From contig CBFDBJ010000005.1 of NCBI GenBank assembly GCA_965603015.1, forward strand, positions 3,080 to 67,079: DNA of 64,000 bases. Reading direction: 5' to 3'. The notes below the pieces were generated by a model that worked only from the letters and a program-made list of their open reading frames with translations, made no database searches and was not told the DNA's origin. This document shows, piece by piece, positions 61,310 to 64,000 of the stretch. The stretch is from an uncultured Alphaproteobacteria bacterium. Lineage in GTDB: Bacteria; Pseudomonadota; Alphaproteobacteria; M2410. Numbering within the stretch: position 1 is the stretch's first letter; the number at the start of each line of letters is the position of its first letter. Both the position numbers and the translations under genes were made by a program.

Positions 61310-62707
61310 CTAGAAACCGGACGCCTGATCCTCGTCTGGAGCATGATAGGCAATTGGTTTCCACATCGGACCGCGGTCATAGTCTCTGGACCCTTGCGCG
61401 CCGATTGCCGCTTCAACTTCTTCAAGCGGTCTTGGTTCACCGAACAGGTATCCCTGGCCGAATTTCACTTCATATTCGAGAACCTCCACGACCTGAGATT
61501 CTTGCTCGAGACGCTCGATAATCAAATCAATTCCGAACCGACCGAGCAGTTCGTGCAGATCAGATGGATGAACAAAAGAACTCCCCGGTTCTGCATTGCC
61601 ATGCAGGAAGAGGCCGCTGGCGACCTTGATATAGCGGAAGTTACGTTGGCGCAGATCCGGCAAATCCAGATCAAGATCGCCAACACGATCAAGCGAAAAC
61701 TTGAACCCAAGTTCGGCCAGACGCGACAGGTTCTTGCTCTCGTCAGGACCGCATTTGTCGATGGTCTCCCTGGCAAACTCAAAGACAAGCGTATCGGCCA
61801 GGTCCGCGTTGAAAGACATGAAATCGAGGAAATAGGGGAAGAAGTTCCTGTCCTGCAGAGAATTCAGAGAGATGTTGCACATAATGGCAATATCCGTCTT
61901 GTGTTCAGCGAGGCGTCGCACCACTTGCACGCAGCGGAAAAGAAGCAGGTTATCAATGATTGACATCAGACCTGCAGGCTCGGCGACGCGCAGGTACTGA
62001 GCGGGCAGAATGAGTTCGCCATTTTCACTGCGCAGTCTGGACAGGGCTTCATAGAAACAGATCTGGCGCTGCGGCAAGGTAACAATTGGCTGAAGGTAAA
62101 GATCAACACGGTTTTCCTCAAGCGAAGATCGAATGATACGCAGCAGCTCCTGCTCGCTCATGGAATCAAACAGGGCCGCCTTGTCACCCGGCGTCATATC
62201 ACCATTTTTTTCTGCTTCACTCAGGGCTTGTTCAATGCTGCCAATCAGACGCTTGACCGCTTGCGGATCATTGCCTGTGAGAACGTTGGTCTGGGCTTGC
62301 TCGACAACTTCCATCGCAGCCTTGCGAGCCTTCTTCTCGAGTTCGCCGGCCATTTGCCTGATCAGCGTTTCAAGCAAACGAACTTCAGAGATTACCTGAT
62401 GATTGCGTTGCTGAACTTTTTCTTCAAAAGACTCGGCCAGGTCATCGTTCTGCCCACGCATGAGATCAATTTCTTCTGAAAGCGCGAGCTTGCCGTTTTG
62501 CAGGAAGGTGAGCTCATTCTCGAACGACTGGCGTTCCTGCGCCCGATTAAACGTCTGGTGAACCTGGGCGGCCAGCAAAAACGACAAAGTGCTCGTCACG
62601 AGAGCGCCGGCCAGTTCGAATCCGAAGACCCTGAAACAGACAATCCCGATGGCTGCAGAAAGAACCACATAGGAAAGAGTGATAAGCCAATTTGTAAAAC
62701 TCGGCAT
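61310..62707 (-). CDS. EAL-domain c-di-GMP phosphodiesterase with N-terminal membrane anchor and coiled coil (no GGDEF)
   Basis: 465 aa with two N-terminal TM helices, a coiled-coil region and an EAL domain (QPIVTL...YEALSRL, DDFG-like SLDRVGD). Confidence 0.85.
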   Translation of the reverse strand: MPSFTNWLITLSYVVLSAAIGIVCFRVFGFELAGALVTSTLSFLLAAQVHQTFNRAQERQSFENELTFLQNGKLALSEEIDLMRGQNDDLAESFEEKVQQRNHQVISEVRLLETLIRQMAGELEKKARKAAMEVVEQAQTNVLTGNDPQAVKRLIGSIEQALSEAEKNGDMTPGDKAALFDSMSEQELLRIIRSSLEENRVDLYLQPIVTLPQRQICFYEALSRLRSENGELILPAQYLRVAEPAGLMSIIDNLLLFRCVQVVRRLAEHKTDIAIMCNISLNSLQDRNFFPYFLDFMSFNADLADTLVFEFARETIDKCGPDESKNLSRLAELGFKFSLDRVGDLDLDLPDLRQRNFRYIKVASGLFLHGNAEPGSSFVHPSDLHELLGRFGIDLIIERLEQESQVVEVLEYEVKFGQGYLFGEPRPLEEVEAAIGAQGSRDYDRGPMWKPIAYHAPDEDQASGF

Positions 62708-62824
62708 AGGACTAACAACCTGCTACATTTGGTGGCACCTCTCCATGGGTGAAGTCATCCATGGTTTCCGCCAGCTTTATCCATCGCCTCAAATTACGGC
62801 GAAACTGTTTCGATCCGGTTAACT

Positions 62825-63409
62825 ATGATGTCACCCCCGCCTGGGCAATTGGTTGAAATTGCTGATGTTTTTGAAGATCCACATCAAATTGCAGAGACTT
62901 TTGATGACATCTGGGTGTTTGGTTATGGATCCCTCATGTGGCTGCCGGATTTTGACTATCGCCTTGCGGTTTGCGCCCGTCTGCACGGTTGGCATCGCCG
63001 GTTTACCTGCCGGTCTGTGAAAGCATGGGGGACACCGGATCGCCCGGGGCTCTCAGCGGCGCTGCATCCTGGCGGGTCGGTGCTGGGTGTTGCTTTTGCT
63101 CTGGCACCGGAACACCGCGAAGCGTCCTTGCGCGCGCTTGATCGCCGCGAGGCCGCCTACCGCCAAACGTCCGTGGCCTGTTCTCTGCCCGGCGGCCAAA
63201 CGATCACAGCACTCACCTATGTAGTCAATTTTGAAAACGGTCGATTTTTGGATAATCCGACCCAGAGTGATCAGATCCGCCACATTCGCCAGGGCAAGGG
63301 ACCGAAGGGCACTTCATTGTTTTATCTGGAGAGCACCGTGCATTGTCTCGATGGACTGGGCAGTGGCAAGACCCGGGCTCATGACCTGCTGGATCGCGCC
63401 CAAAGCTAG
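62825..63409 (+). CDS. chaC: ChaC-family gamma-glutamylcyclotransferase (glutathione-specific)
   Basis: 194 aa with the GGCT fold signature VFGYGSLMW. Confidence 0.8.
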   Translation: MMSPPPGQLVEIADVFEDPHQIAETFDDIWVFGYGSLMWLPDFDYRLAVCARLHGWHRRFTCRSVKAWGTPDRPGLSAALHPGGSVLGVAFALAPEHREASLRALDRREAAYRQTSVACSLPGGQTITALTYVVNFENGRFLDNPTQSDQIRHIRQGKGPKGTSLFYLESTVHCLDGLGSGKTRAHDLLDRAQS

Positions 63410-64000
63410 CGGATCGATTTGACGAAGGCATCAAACAGAGCGTTACCGGGATGATCCGTCCCGTGAAACTTTTCCTGATGCCACTGGATGCCGAGGGCGA
63501 AGTGTTGGCCTGGCAGCTCAATGGCCTCAATCACACCGTCGGGAGCGCGGGCCGATACCACGACGCCCTGCGGAACTTCCACCACCGCTTCATTATGCAG
63601 CGAGTTCACCACGGCCTTTGTGGTCTTCATAATCGCCGCAAGCTGCGAGCCCGCGGCGATTTCCACATCGTGACTGCAGTCTGTGCCATTGTGGATGAGA
63701 GGATTTCCGGCCTTATCCCTTGTGTCGCCGACCAGTTTGCAGCCGGCAAGTCCGGCCATCATTTGCATACCGCTGCAAATGCCAAACACCGGCTTGTCGG
63801 CTGACAGGAAGAGTCGCATCAACTTCAGGTCAAAATCACACCGCTCTGACGGCGGGGCCGACGAAACTCGGCCCTCGACATACCAGGCTCTTGGAAATTC
63901 AAACCGCCCGCCAGGCGATATCAAGCCGTCGTGAGCCTCAAGAACTTGCTCTTCCCGACCCGGCAGGTAGGGAATCCCGTAGGGAATTGCCCCCGCATCG
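63406..64000 (-). CDS. Class I glutamine amidotransferase-like gamma-glutamyl hydrolase (PuuD/peptidase C26 family), C-terminal portion; N-terminus beyond the window end
   Basis: Catalytic Cys block (GICSGMQMMA) and His region (ALGIQWHQE). The reading frame stays open upstream of the TTG listed in the ORF track, so the gene runs off the window. It overlaps the chaC stop convergently by 4 nt. Confidence 0.75.
   Translation of the reverse strand, partial: DAGAIPYGIPYLPGREEQVLEAHDGLISPGGRFEFPRAWYVEGRVSSAPPSERCDFDLKLMRLFLSADKPVFGICSGMQMMAGLAGCKLVGDTRDKAGNPLIHNGTDCSHDVEIAAGSQLAAIMKTTKAVVNSLHNEAVVEVPQGVVVSARAPDGVIEAIELPGQHFALGIQWHQEKFHGTDHPGNALFDAFVKSIR

Noticed and set aside
62728-62745. TGGCAC hexamer at 62733-62738 between the EAL gene and chaC as another sigma-54 promoter
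   Set aside because: The -12 position has TG rather than GC (GGCACCTCTCCATGGG), so it does not fit GG-N10-GC.

Overview
This is a high-GC (about 58-60%) bacterial chromosome segment. Gene content and synteny (ctaC-ctaD-ctaB-small ORF-ctaG-ctaE-DUF983-surf1-M32 peptidase-thrC-M16 peptidase, then an msbA-DUF374-waaA-lpxK-lpxL lipid A block) point to an alphaproteobacterium, most likely Hyphomicrobiales/Rhizobiales-like. The window is densely packed with about 65 protein-coding genes. I found no rRNA, tRNA, CRISPR, transposase or integrase.

Gene blocks:
- Respiration: a complete aa3-type cytochrome c oxidase cluster (coxB/ctaC, ctaD, ctaB, ctaG, ctaE, DUF983, SURF1) and an enterobacterial-order periplasmic nitrate reductase operon napFDAGHBC.
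- Envelope: the lipid A/Kdo cluster, lspA, and an M23 peptidase.
- Housekeeping: thrC, gshA, purD, ileS, ribF, mutL, pgi, xseA, tadA, rluB, rsmD, rsmE.
- Proteases: TldD and PmbA, and three M16 peptidases.
- Quinone-related block: ubiA - His-box membrane desaturase - methyltransferase - ubiD, all on one strand.
- Signalling: an orphan cheY-cheZ pair and an EAL phosphodiesterase.

The most unusual locus is a tandem pair of near-identical secreted PEP-CTERM (exosortase-substrate) paralogs. Each has its own sigma-54 (-24/-12) promoter, a conserved upstream element about 74 bp 5' of it, and a near-identical Rho-independent terminator. The surrounding DNA has lower GC than the flanks, and no exosortase or PrsK/PrsR genes are in the window.

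Other non-coding structure: two related intergenic palindromic (MITE/REP-like) elements with TGTCRTCCC...GGGRYGACA termini, and a 25-bp-arm inverted repeat between rsmE and gshA.

All functional calls rest on motif and family recognition from translated sequence plus gene context. No database searches were run.
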